A stretch of 32,000 nt of DNA from Candidatus Thalassarchaeaceae archaeon (GTDB lineage: Archaea; Thermoplasmatota; Poseidoniia; Poseidoniales; Thalassarchaeaceae): the NCBI GenBank assembly GCA_045568075.1, contig JBJLBP010000001.1, forward strand, positions 600,001 to 632,000, written 5' to 3'. Position numbers and translations under genes: made by a program. A model generated the notes under the pieces. That model searched no databases. It saw only the letters and a program-made list of their open reading frames with translations, and was not told the origin of the DNA. Shown piece after piece: positions 10,301-17,114 of this stretch. The stretch's first letter is position 1. Every line of letters starts with the position of its first letter.

Positions 10301-11269
10301 GACTACGACATTACAGTCGAGAGAATTGCTGGACTCGTCGCCGATGGCAAGCTCTGCAAAGAGCGCCATGCAATGCTCGTCAGCCTCGCAGAGCAATTGG
10401 AAGAGGAGAGGCGAACACGGCTTGTCGCTGTGTTCGAACAAATCAACACCAACTTCACGAGAGCGTACAAATTACTCCAGCCAGGTGGCGAAGGAGAGTT
10501 GCAATTGGAGAATACGAAGAACCCGTTCGAGGGTGGTTTGAGGATGGCTTGCATTCCTCCAGGGAAGAGCAAGAGAACACGCCGAAGCTTCCTCTCTGGA
10601 GGCGAGAAATCGATGGCTGCACTGGCCTTCATCTTCGCGATTCAGGATTACGAGCCGAGCCCGTTCTACTACTTCGATGAAGTTGATCAGAACCTCGATC
10701 CATTCAACGCTGAGAGAATCGCGACACTCTGCCGAATTCGCAGTACTCACGCTCAGTTCATCATGGTGACACTGCGCAAGGTCAGCCTCACTCTAGCAGA
10801 CCACCACATCGGAATCACACACGCTGGAGATGGCTGCAGCCGCCGTATTGCTGACTTCGACAGGGCGGCTGCGATCGAGTTGGGCGAAGAGTTCGAGGCT
10901 GAGCAAGAGGCAATTGCTGAGGCTCAGAAGGCGAAGGAGAACATGGGAGAATTGCCGACTGAAGAGAAGATGCCGAAGGTTCCTGAACCGATGGAGCGAC
11001 CTCAGAGTCTTGGCGGCCTCGCCGATCGAGCTGGTGTAGAAGTTACTGAAGAGGAGATCTTAGGTGGCGAATTGCCCGAGGTTGAGGCTGTTGCTGCAGA
11101 TGCTAGCGATACTGAAACAACACTGGATTCACTCATCGAACGGACTGAGGAATGGTCCGAGGATATCGCAGAGAAGGAGGCCTCGACGCCACCTGCTGAT
11201 GACGAAGAAGTGGCAGTTGCCGCTGACGAGGTCGCTGGAGAGGTCGAAGCCGAGCAGGAGTTGGAGTGA
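7301..11269 (+). CDS. smc: SMC chromosome segregation ATPase with an extra ~127-aa acidic C-terminal tail
   Basis: N-terminal [34 protein letters not shown] (Walker A); long coiled coils; hinge [11 protein letters not shown]...[9 protein letters not shown]; C-terminal [36 protein letters not shown] (signature + Walker B). GGTGAT SD before the ATG. Confidence 0.95.
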   Translation: [1322 protein letters not shown]

Positions 11270-11272
11270 CCG

Positions 11273-12280
11273 ATGCCTGTTTTTGACGCGACCGCAATGC
11301 GAGACGACATCGTGACGAGACTTCTCGAAGGCGAGGAAGACCTCGATACCAGTCGCTATCTGGACCGACTCGTTGAACTCGCCAGCCTTGAAGAGGCTGA
11401 GCACCAGTTCCTCACCGATCCATTTGACCGCTCGGTTGCCCTCGTATTCCAATTATTCAGGTCGAAAGATCTGGACCCTTGGGATGTGAATTTGACGAAT
11501 TTCCTAGTGATGTTTGACGAGCGGATCAAGACTGCTGAGAACATCGACTTGCCGACCTGCGGTCGGCTGATTAGAATGGCTTGGCAGATTCTTCGAGGTC
11601 AGGCCTCAACGCTGATTGAGAGACAAGATCGAGCCTGGGACGACCTCGAGGAGGATTTCCACGATTTCGATATGGGTGGATGGGAATCTGATTTCTCTGA
11701 GGACGATTACAACTTCTCTGTTGGAGTTCTCACCGGAGCCGCGGATTCGGTGCTACCTTCAATGTTCAAGGGACGTATCCATCGAGATGAGAGCCGCCCC
11801 GTCACACTCACAGAACTGCTGATGGGTCTGCAGAGTGCTAAGCAGATCTCTGAGGATCTCAAGCTTCGGGAGCAGATTGCGAAGGAACGCCGCGAGGCGA
11901 ATGCAAAAGCGAGGGCACGATTTTCAGGCAGTCTTCACATCGAGGACCTTGAAGCGGATTTGAAGCGAACTTGGGAAGCACTGCGGGATCGAACCGTGGC
12001 GGATAATGGTGCAGTTGACTTGAAGGATATCGTTGGGCACTTGCGCGACCGATCGCTGGAGAAAGGCCTCGAATTCGATGAGGCAGAAGCAGAGGCTCAG
12101 GTCACTGCTCTGGTATCGTCGCTCTTCCTAACTCACCGCGGTTACGCGGATTTGACTCAGAGCTCAGGCCGTGATGGCATGATTACACTCAAAGATCTCC
12201 ACCCCGATAACGGCGATTTCGACGCCTTGACTGAGGAGATTAATCCTAAGCCTGAGATGGAGGTGGCAGTCGATGTCTGA
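11273..12280 (+). CDS. scpA: Segregation and condensation protein A (kleisin)
   Basis: Starts 3 nt after the smc stop. The N-terminal LFRSKDLDPWDVNLTNFLVMFDERI is ScpA-like. It sits between smc and scpB. Confidence 0.85.
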   Translation: MPVFDATAMRDDIVTRLLEGEEDLDTSRYLDRLVELASLEEAEHQFLTDPFDRSVALVFQLFRSKDLDPWDVNLTNFLVMFDERIKTAENIDLPTCGRLIRMAWQILRGQASTLIERQDRAWDDLEEDFHDFDMGGWESDFSEDDYNFSVGVLTGAADSVLPSMFKGRIHRDESRPVTLTELLMGLQSAKQISEDLKLREQIAKERREANAKARARFSGSLHIEDLEADLKRTWEALRDRTVADNGAVDLKDIVGHLRDRSLEKGLEFDEAEAEAQVTALVSSLFLTHRGYADLTQSSGRDGMITLKDLHPDNGDFDALTEEINPKPEMEVAVDV

Positions 12281-12905
12281 ATCCGTTGAATTGTCAACCA
12301 TAATCGAAGCGATTCTGTTCAGCGCTGGGCGCTCGATGACGGTTGAGGAATTGATGGAGCAGACAGGAAAGACTCGTTCCGAGATATCAGGTTCTCTGAA
12401 TAATCTACAATCCACAATCAAACGTCGGCGCGATTCTGCGTTACAATTGACCGAGGTTGCTGGAAGGTGGATATTCGAGGTGCGCCCGACTCTTTCCACA
12501 CATCTTCCAAAGTCGGTTCGGCCAGATGTTCCTGCGCGATTACTTCCTGCCGCAGCTCTCATCGCTTACCATCAGCCGATGAAGCAGGCACAATTGGTCG
12601 ACATGATTGGTGCAAAGGCATACGATAGGGTTCGGGAATTGGCGAATCTTGGCTTCATCGATAGGCGTCGGGATGGCTTGACTCGCAGGCTGACAACGAC
12701 ACGGCGCTTCGCTGAATACTTTGGTTGCCCAGATGTCGAATACCGAAAGGTCCGCGAATGGTTCCGTGCCGAGGCTGGCAAGGCCGGACTAACAAGTGCT
12801 CAGTTAGCCGCTTCTCTATCGGAAGAGCAGATGACAATCGAGGAATTTACTGAAGCCCCTTCTGAGGAAGCGATGGCGATGGAAGCAACTCAAGCCGAAG
12901 AGTGA
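12273..12905 (+). CDS. scpB: Segregation and condensation protein B
   Basis: 8-nt overlap with scpA; GGAGGTGG SD at 12259-12266. LSTIIEAILFSAGRSMTVEELME and AAALIAYHQPMKQAQLVDMIG...LANLGFI are ScpB tandem winged-helix hallmarks. Confidence 0.85.
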   Translation: MSESVELSTIIEAILFSAGRSMTVEELMEQTGKTRSEISGSLNNLQSTIKRRRDSALQLTEVAGRWIFEVRPTLSTHLPKSVRPDVPARLLPAAALIAYHQPMKQAQLVDMIGAKAYDRVRELANLGFIDRRRDGLTRRLTTTRRFAEYFGCPDVEYRKVREWFRAEAGKAGLTSAQLAASLSEEQMTIEEFTEAPSEEAMAMEATQAEE

Positions 12906-12928
12906 TTGCTGACTCTAAGAGTCGACTT

Positions 12929-14224
12929 TCACTCACCACGAACCTGTTTGAGCGCGGCTTCGACGGCAGCCATGGTGATTCGCTCGCCACTTTCGCGAAC
13001 GATAGAGGCAACTGGCTCAATCTCTTCCGGCTCAGCGCCGGCCGTTGCAATCATGTTGCGTAGGTGGAGTTTCATGTGACCTGCTTGGATCCCTACTGTG
13101 GCTAATGCACGTAGAGCTCCGAGATTCTGGGCAAGTCCTGCAGCTGCCATGACCTTCGCTAGGTCGTCCGCGGACTTGATTCCGAGCAGAGCGACATTAG
13201 CTTGGGCACCAGGGTGGATGCGAATTGCACCACCAACCAGGCCGACAGCCATTGGAATCTCGATTGAACCGACGAGATTCCCGTCAGCGTCCTTTTCCCA
13301 GTGTGTCATCGATCCGTATCGGCGCTCGTGAGCAGCGTAGGAGTGAGCGCCGGATTCGACCGCCCGCCAGTCTTGACCACAGGCGATTGCCACTGGTGAA
13401 ATTGCGTTCATGATTCCCTTATTGTGAGTGGTTGCGCGGAATGGGTCAGCTGCGGCGAAATGGTAGGCCTGTAGCACGCCATTGATGACTTCCGCACCAC
13501 GCACGGGGTCATTTCCAGCATCAGACATTTCTCCTGGGGTGAAAGTAGCACTGACTCGAGCGAGCCTGTGGACTGCAAGATTGCTAATGATTCGCAGGAT
13601 GACAGTTCCACTTGACAGGCTCTCGACGCGTGGAGCGATGGTTTCGGCCATGGTATTGACTGCATTTGCACCCATCGCATCTCTGCAATCGACTAGGATG
13701 TGAACGATGATCATTGGACCAGAATCTGTGTCTATGATTCGTGCCTCGACATCTCGACAACCGCCTCCGAATTTGACAAGGATTGGGTCGACATCATTGC
13801 AGGCTTGGATGAGTTCATCCTTCGCGGCAAGAATTGCGGCCTTGGATGCCTCGGGATCATCGCAGCCGACGACTTGGATCTGACCTATCATCACCGGCTC
13901 GGTATTGTTTGAGACGAATCCGCCGGTTGCTTGGCATCGCTTTGCCATGTTCGAAGCGGCTGCGACAACACTTGCTTCCTCGACGACGAAGGGAATCAAG
14001 TAGTGATCTCCATCGATGATGAAGTTCGTCGCCACACCAATTGGCAGCGAATATCGACCGATGACATTCTCGATCATTCGGTCGGCTGTACCCTCGTCCA
14101 ATTCTGCGTCCGCCCAGGCCTTGACCTGTTCGTCAGTCAGTCCGGCAAGCTCGGCTAACTTAGCGCGTCGCTCGGGTACGGAGAGCTTGTAGAATCCCTT
14201 CAATCGGCTGTTCTCAACTGGCAT
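12929..14224 (-). CDS. hmgA: HMG-CoA reductase, class II (bacterial/Pseudomonas mevalonii type)
   Basis: Colinear with the recalled P. mevalonii enzyme: MIENVIGRYSLP, VVEEASVVAAASNMAK, GGGCRD, DCRDAMGANAVNTMAE, RATTHNKGIMNAI, DWRAVESGAHSYA, MAVGLVGG, GLAQNLGALRALATVGIQAGHMKLHLRN. GGTGA SD before the ATG. Confidence 0.95.
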   Translation of the reverse strand: MPVENSRLKGFYKLSVPERRAKLAELAGLTDEQVKAWADAELDEGTADRMIENVIGRYSLPIGVATNFIIDGDHYLIPFVVEEASVVAAASNMAKRCQATGGFVSNNTEPVMIGQIQVVGCDDPEASKAAILAAKDELIQACNDVDPILVKFGGGCRDVEARIIDTDSGPMIIVHILVDCRDAMGANAVNTMAETIAPRVESLSSGTVILRIISNLAVHRLARVSATFTPGEMSDAGNDPVRGAEVINGVLQAYHFAAADPFRATTHNKGIMNAISPVAIACGQDWRAVESGAHSYAAHERRYGSMTHWEKDADGNLVGSIEIPMAVGLVGGAIRIHPGAQANVALLGIKSADDLAKVMAAAGLAQNLGALRALATVGIQAGHMKLHLRNMIATAGAEPEEIEPVASIVRESGERITMAAVEAALKQVRGE

Positions 14225-14384
14225 TGATTCACCAGTCCTCGCGACAGCGCTCCGGTTCTAAGCCCTTTGTGGCCGGAAGGCCTGAAACGACCTCCTGAGT
14301 CTCATTCTCGCTTTCTGCAAAGAATGCCGATAATGCGCCTCTAATCAGGGGGTTGGAGGGGTGATGGTGCGCCTAGAGCCTCTC

Positions 14385-14527
14385 AAAAAAGCGTTAATCA
14401 GGCCGTTAACGCATTGTTAACGCATTGTGGAAGCGTTAGTTATGCGTTAATGTTGGCATATTCAAAACGCTTCATGTAAAGCCTATAATTCCAAATCACC
14501 TCCTGAAAAAGCCCAAAAACGCGTTAA
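14385..14527. repeat. Array of GCGTTAA/TTAACGC heptamers, including a perfect 11-bp tandem duplication and a 45-bp imperfect palindrome
   Basis: GCGTTAA at 14391-14397, 14444-14450 and 14521-14527. GCGTTA at 14433-14438. TTAACGC at 14406-14412 and 14417-14423. GTTAACGCATT occurs twice in tandem (14405-14415, 14416-14426). AAAAA[A/C]GCGTTAA occurs at 14385 and 14515. The array lies in the divergent intergenic region between hmgA and the P-loop gene. Confidence 0.75.
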
Positions 14528-14530
14528 ATC

Positions 14531-14560
14531 ACATGTGAAGAAGCGTGAGAACACGTGAAC
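14531..14560 (+). promoter_or_regulatory. Three GTGAR boxes at exact 10-bp spacing, with a TATA-like ATTATGTA just downstream
   Basis: GTGAA 14535-14539, GTGAG 14545-14549, GTGAA 14555-14559. ACATGTGAA and ACACGTGAA lie 20 bp apart. ATTATGTA at 14561-14568 is about 25-30 bp before the ATG at 14592. Confidence 0.45.
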
Positions 14561-14591
14561 ATTATGTACTCATACGCCCGCGTATGTGATA

Positions 14592-15950
14592 ATGGCCGAA
14601 GGGGCTCCAAGCATTCTCGATCTGCCTCCATTGCGAGGCAACCCCTTCGACCTGAGGCCAATCGAGCCAAGCCGTGCAGAATACCTAGTTGGCCGCGACA
14701 AACTTGTCACGGAGTGGAGAGAGCATCTGATTTCTCAAACTCCGAGGATGCTCCTCCTGGTCGGCGACAGAGGCTCTGGTAGGACTTCTCTGCTCAACAC
14801 CCTCGCCTCTACCACATCTCGCCGACCATACATTGGGCAGTTTTGGCCCGAGGGTGATGACCCAGTTCAGGGTATAATCCATGAGTTGTCTGTGCATTTT
14901 GGAGGGTTCGAGATCCCACCTACGATGCAGCAGACCTCGGATAGGATGGTAGAAGTTCTTGACAAAGAGACTGGAACTCTGCCATTGATAGCCTTCGATT
15001 ACCCTGCTAAAATCGATCTAAATCCGATTCTCACACGCCTTTCTCCGTTACTTCAGAGGCTCCGCGCCCTAGTCGTAGTCGTGCTCACACCCTCTCAATT
15101 GGCTGGATTAGATGATGAGGTTCTCGAGATGTTTGATTCACCTCATCATCTTCAGAACCTCGATGAGAGGCAGATTCAGGTTCTGTCAAATCGTCGAATC
15201 GCCCGCTCAGCTAATCAGAAGTGGAACATTCGCCCGAATCTTTTGCAGGCGATTAAGCAGCATTCCGACGGCAATCCTCGCCGTGTTATTCGATTATTGC
15301 GTGATTTGGTTGACGAGCGCCATGATCCTCAGGAAGGAGGGGTACTCGAGCAATTGACAACTTGGCGGGCACCGCCAGTGCAGGATTCACCCCCAGTCGT
15401 GGCGGCTCCCGACAAACCTCAGCCCGCTGCAGAGACGATGGCGGAGCCTGAACCGGAGCCTGAACTGGAACCTGTCGTGGAAGATATTGAGGACATCACC
15501 TCCTATGCTCAGAAGGAAGAATCCGATGAAGAAGAGTACGCAGAGGAAGAAGAACTGGACGAAGAGCCAGATGACCTCTGGGGTGAGGAAGAAGAGGAAT
15601 TGGGCGATGAGGTTGCGGAACCTCCTACCTGGAACGATGAATTTGAGGCTCCTCAGGACATTTGGGGCGTCGATGATGCGCCGGAATCGGCAAGTGAAGA
15701 TGAGGAGAGCCGATTCCACCAAGCCGAGTTAGAATCGGAGTCTGAACCTCAGGAAGAATCGACCGAAGAATATCATCAATTTACTGAAGAGCCAGCTTTC
15801 CTCTACATGGAAGAGGGCACTGAACCCCCTAAATCCTCGCGGAAAGGCGGTAATTTCGGTCGCCTTCTCGGTCGAACCATCAGTGCTAATGACCGTATGC
15901 CGACGACTGGCGACGATACTCCAATCACCGTCGCAGACCAACATCACTAG
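14592..15950 (+). CDS. Orc1/Cdc6- or Arch_ATPase-like P-loop protein with Walker A Lys->Arg and a ~170-aa hyper-acidic C-terminal tail
   Basis: The track starts at GTG 14586; the ATG is at 14592. NPFDLRPIEP...YLVGRDKLVTEW...MLLLVGDRGSGRTSLLNTL (GxxGxGRTS instead of GxxGxGK[ST]). LPLIAFDYP is Walker-B-like. DGNPRRVIRLLRDLV resembles the sensor-2 GDAR.A..LL of Cdc6. The tail is rich in E/D/P. Confidence 0.6.
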   Translation: MAEGAPSILDLPPLRGNPFDLRPIEPSRAEYLVGRDKLVTEWREHLISQTPRMLLLVGDRGSGRTSLLNTLASTTSRRPYIGQFWPEGDDPVQGIIHELSVHFGGFEIPPTMQQTSDRMVEVLDKETGTLPLIAFDYPAKIDLNPILTRLSPLLQRLRALVVVVLTPSQLAGLDDEVLEMFDSPHHLQNLDERQIQVLSNRRIARSANQKWNIRPNLLQAIKQHSDGNPRRVIRLLRDLVDERHDPQEGGVLEQLTTWRAPPVQDSPPVVAAPDKPQPAAETMAEPEPEPELEPVVEDIEDITSYAQKEESDEEEYAEEEELDEEPDDLWGEEEEELGDEVAEPPTWNDEFEAPQDIWGVDDAPESASEDEESRFHQAELESESEPQEESTEEYHQFTEEPAFLYMEEGTEPPKSSRKGGNFGRLLGRTISANDRMPTTGDDTPITVADQHH

Positions 15951-15987
15951 CCTTGTTCCGAAGGCCCCGAAGACACCGGTGAGGGAG

Positions 15988-16710
15988 ATGGCTCCAGAGA
16001 GCGTCGAGGACGAAAACTCAGCTGCGAAGATCGATACAAGCGTTCGTGCAGGAGAGGAGGAACATGTCTTCCACGATAATCACGCATTGTGGGTCGTCGA
16101 TTCTGATTCGATGTCGACACTTCCCGATCCGCGAGCCTACAAGCCACCACCGCAACAGCCCGAGCCGAAGGTGCAAGAATTCGAAACCGAGTGGTTCGTT
16201 GCTGAAGGAGAAGAGGAAGAAGCACTTCCCGATGCAGAGTTTGAAGAGGATATCGAACCTTCTTTTGAGCCCGAACCAGAGTTCGAAGAAGTCGAGACCG
16301 AGGTCCCACCCCCAGCCTCTCAGATTCACATCCCTACGATTCCGACAAGCCCTCCGGCTGTAGCCCCACAGGCGATTAGCCCCCCCGCTCCTACTCCGGT
16401 GCCTGTACAGATTCCGGTTTCCTTAGGCCCAACTTGGGAGCCTGATGAGCCATTCAACCCAATCGTATTGCAAACACTAACCGAGGCCGAGAGAATGATA
16501 GTCGAGGCATCTTCCATGCGCGAAGTATCTCCTTCCGATGATGAATTACAAGCTCGCCTAGAGGTTGGGCGTTCCAGACTTTCGCAAATCTACAATGGAA
16601 TGCGACGCAAAGGCTTGCTCTCCGTCCGCAAACAAGGCCGCACGCGATACTTCAAACTCAGCGAGGCTGCAGGTCAGCACCTGCGCGGAGCACCTCAGGG
16701 GGTTGTATGA
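15988..16710 (+). CDS. Acidic/proline-rich protein with C-terminal winged helix-turn-helix
   Basis: The track ORF begins at 15883, overlapping the upstream gene. The in-frame ATG at 15988 follows GGTGAGGGAG. The C-terminus LTEAERMIVEASSMREVSPSDDELQARLEVGRSRLSQIYNGMRRKGLLSVRKQGRTRYFKLSEAA has the MarR/TrmB-like wHTH pattern (helix-turn-helix followed by a basic beta wing). Confidence 0.55.
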   Translation: MAPESVEDENSAAKIDTSVRAGEEEHVFHDNHALWVVDSDSMSTLPDPRAYKPPPQQPEPKVQEFETEWFVAEGEEEEALPDAEFEEDIEPSFEPEPEFEEVETEVPPPASQIHIPTIPTSPPAVAPQAISPPAPTPVPVQIPVSLGPTWEPDEPFNPIVLQTLTEAERMIVEASSMREVSPSDDELQARLEVGRSRLSQIYNGMRRKGLLSVRKQGRTRYFKLSEAAGQHLRGAPQGVV

Positions 16711-17006
16711 TGTCTGATGATGGTGCGACGGTCACGCGAGAAAAGGTCGAGCAGTATCTCGCTTTGACCGCCGAGGCGAGGGCGAAGGCTACACCGATAG
16801 CCAAGACCGATGTGGATGTAGCCCGCCTGACTTCGATGATGAGAATGTGCGATGACTACCAGGCTGATGCCAAGCACTTCCTAGAGCAAGGAGATTTGGT
16901 TAGAGCATTTGGAGCAATCAACTACGCCCATGCGTGGATTGATGCAGCAGTGAGAATTGGATTGATGGATGGGCATGATGATGATCGATTGTTCACATTG
17001 CCTTAG
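16707..17006 (+). CDS. DUF357-family small archaeal protein
   Basis: ATGA overlap with the upstream stop. DYQADAKHFLEQGDLVRAFGAINYAHAWIDAAVRIGL matches my recollection of the DUF357 helical-pair motif. Confidence 0.5.
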   Translation: MMSDDGATVTREKVEQYLALTAEARAKATPIAKTDVDVARLTSMMRMCDDYQADAKHFLEQGDLVRAFGAINYAHAWIDAAVRIGLMDGHDDDRLFTLP

Positions 17007-17017
17007 TTAGATTCTAA

Positions 17018-17022
17018 TTTTT
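17018..17022 (+). terminator. Oligo-T tract after the DUF357 gene (candidate archaeal terminator)
   Basis: TTTTT lies 12 nt after the TAG stop at 17004-17006, at the GC-to-AT composition switch. Confidence 0.3.
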
Positions 17023-17114
17023 ACTTAGCTTCTCCTTCTTCCTTTGATTTATGTATGCGTAAACGTAGTGAATCCAGTTTGTATTTATTGACGAAAGCCT
17101 CAATGATTAGTTTT

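Noticed and set aside
12906-12928. Small hairpin GACTC-TAA-GAGTC (12911-12923) between convergent scpB and hmgA as a bidirectional terminator
   Set aside because: The stem is only 5 bp with no flanking T tracts, which is too weak to call. The panE/nadB convergent pair (stops at 5471 and 5473) is likewise separated by a single base, with no structure to annotate.
14348-14367. G-quadruplex or ORB 'G-string' from GGGGGTTGGAGGGGTGATGG
   Set aside because: Only two runs reach 4 or more G, so a stable G4 is doubtful. Without a matching ORB core I cannot support an origin call, and I mention it only as context for the repeat array.
14364-14420. 18-codon micro-ORF (MVRLEPLKKALIRPLTHC) reading through the GCGTTAA repeats, just after a GGAGG
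   Set aside because: It is too short to support from sequence alone. The SD spacing is only ~3 nt, and the region is better explained as a repeat or operator array.
14405-14426. Possible mini-CRISPR or satellite from the tandem GTTAACGCATT repeat
   Set aside because: There are only two 11-bp units with no spacers. The unit is far shorter than CRISPR repeats and there are no cas genes.
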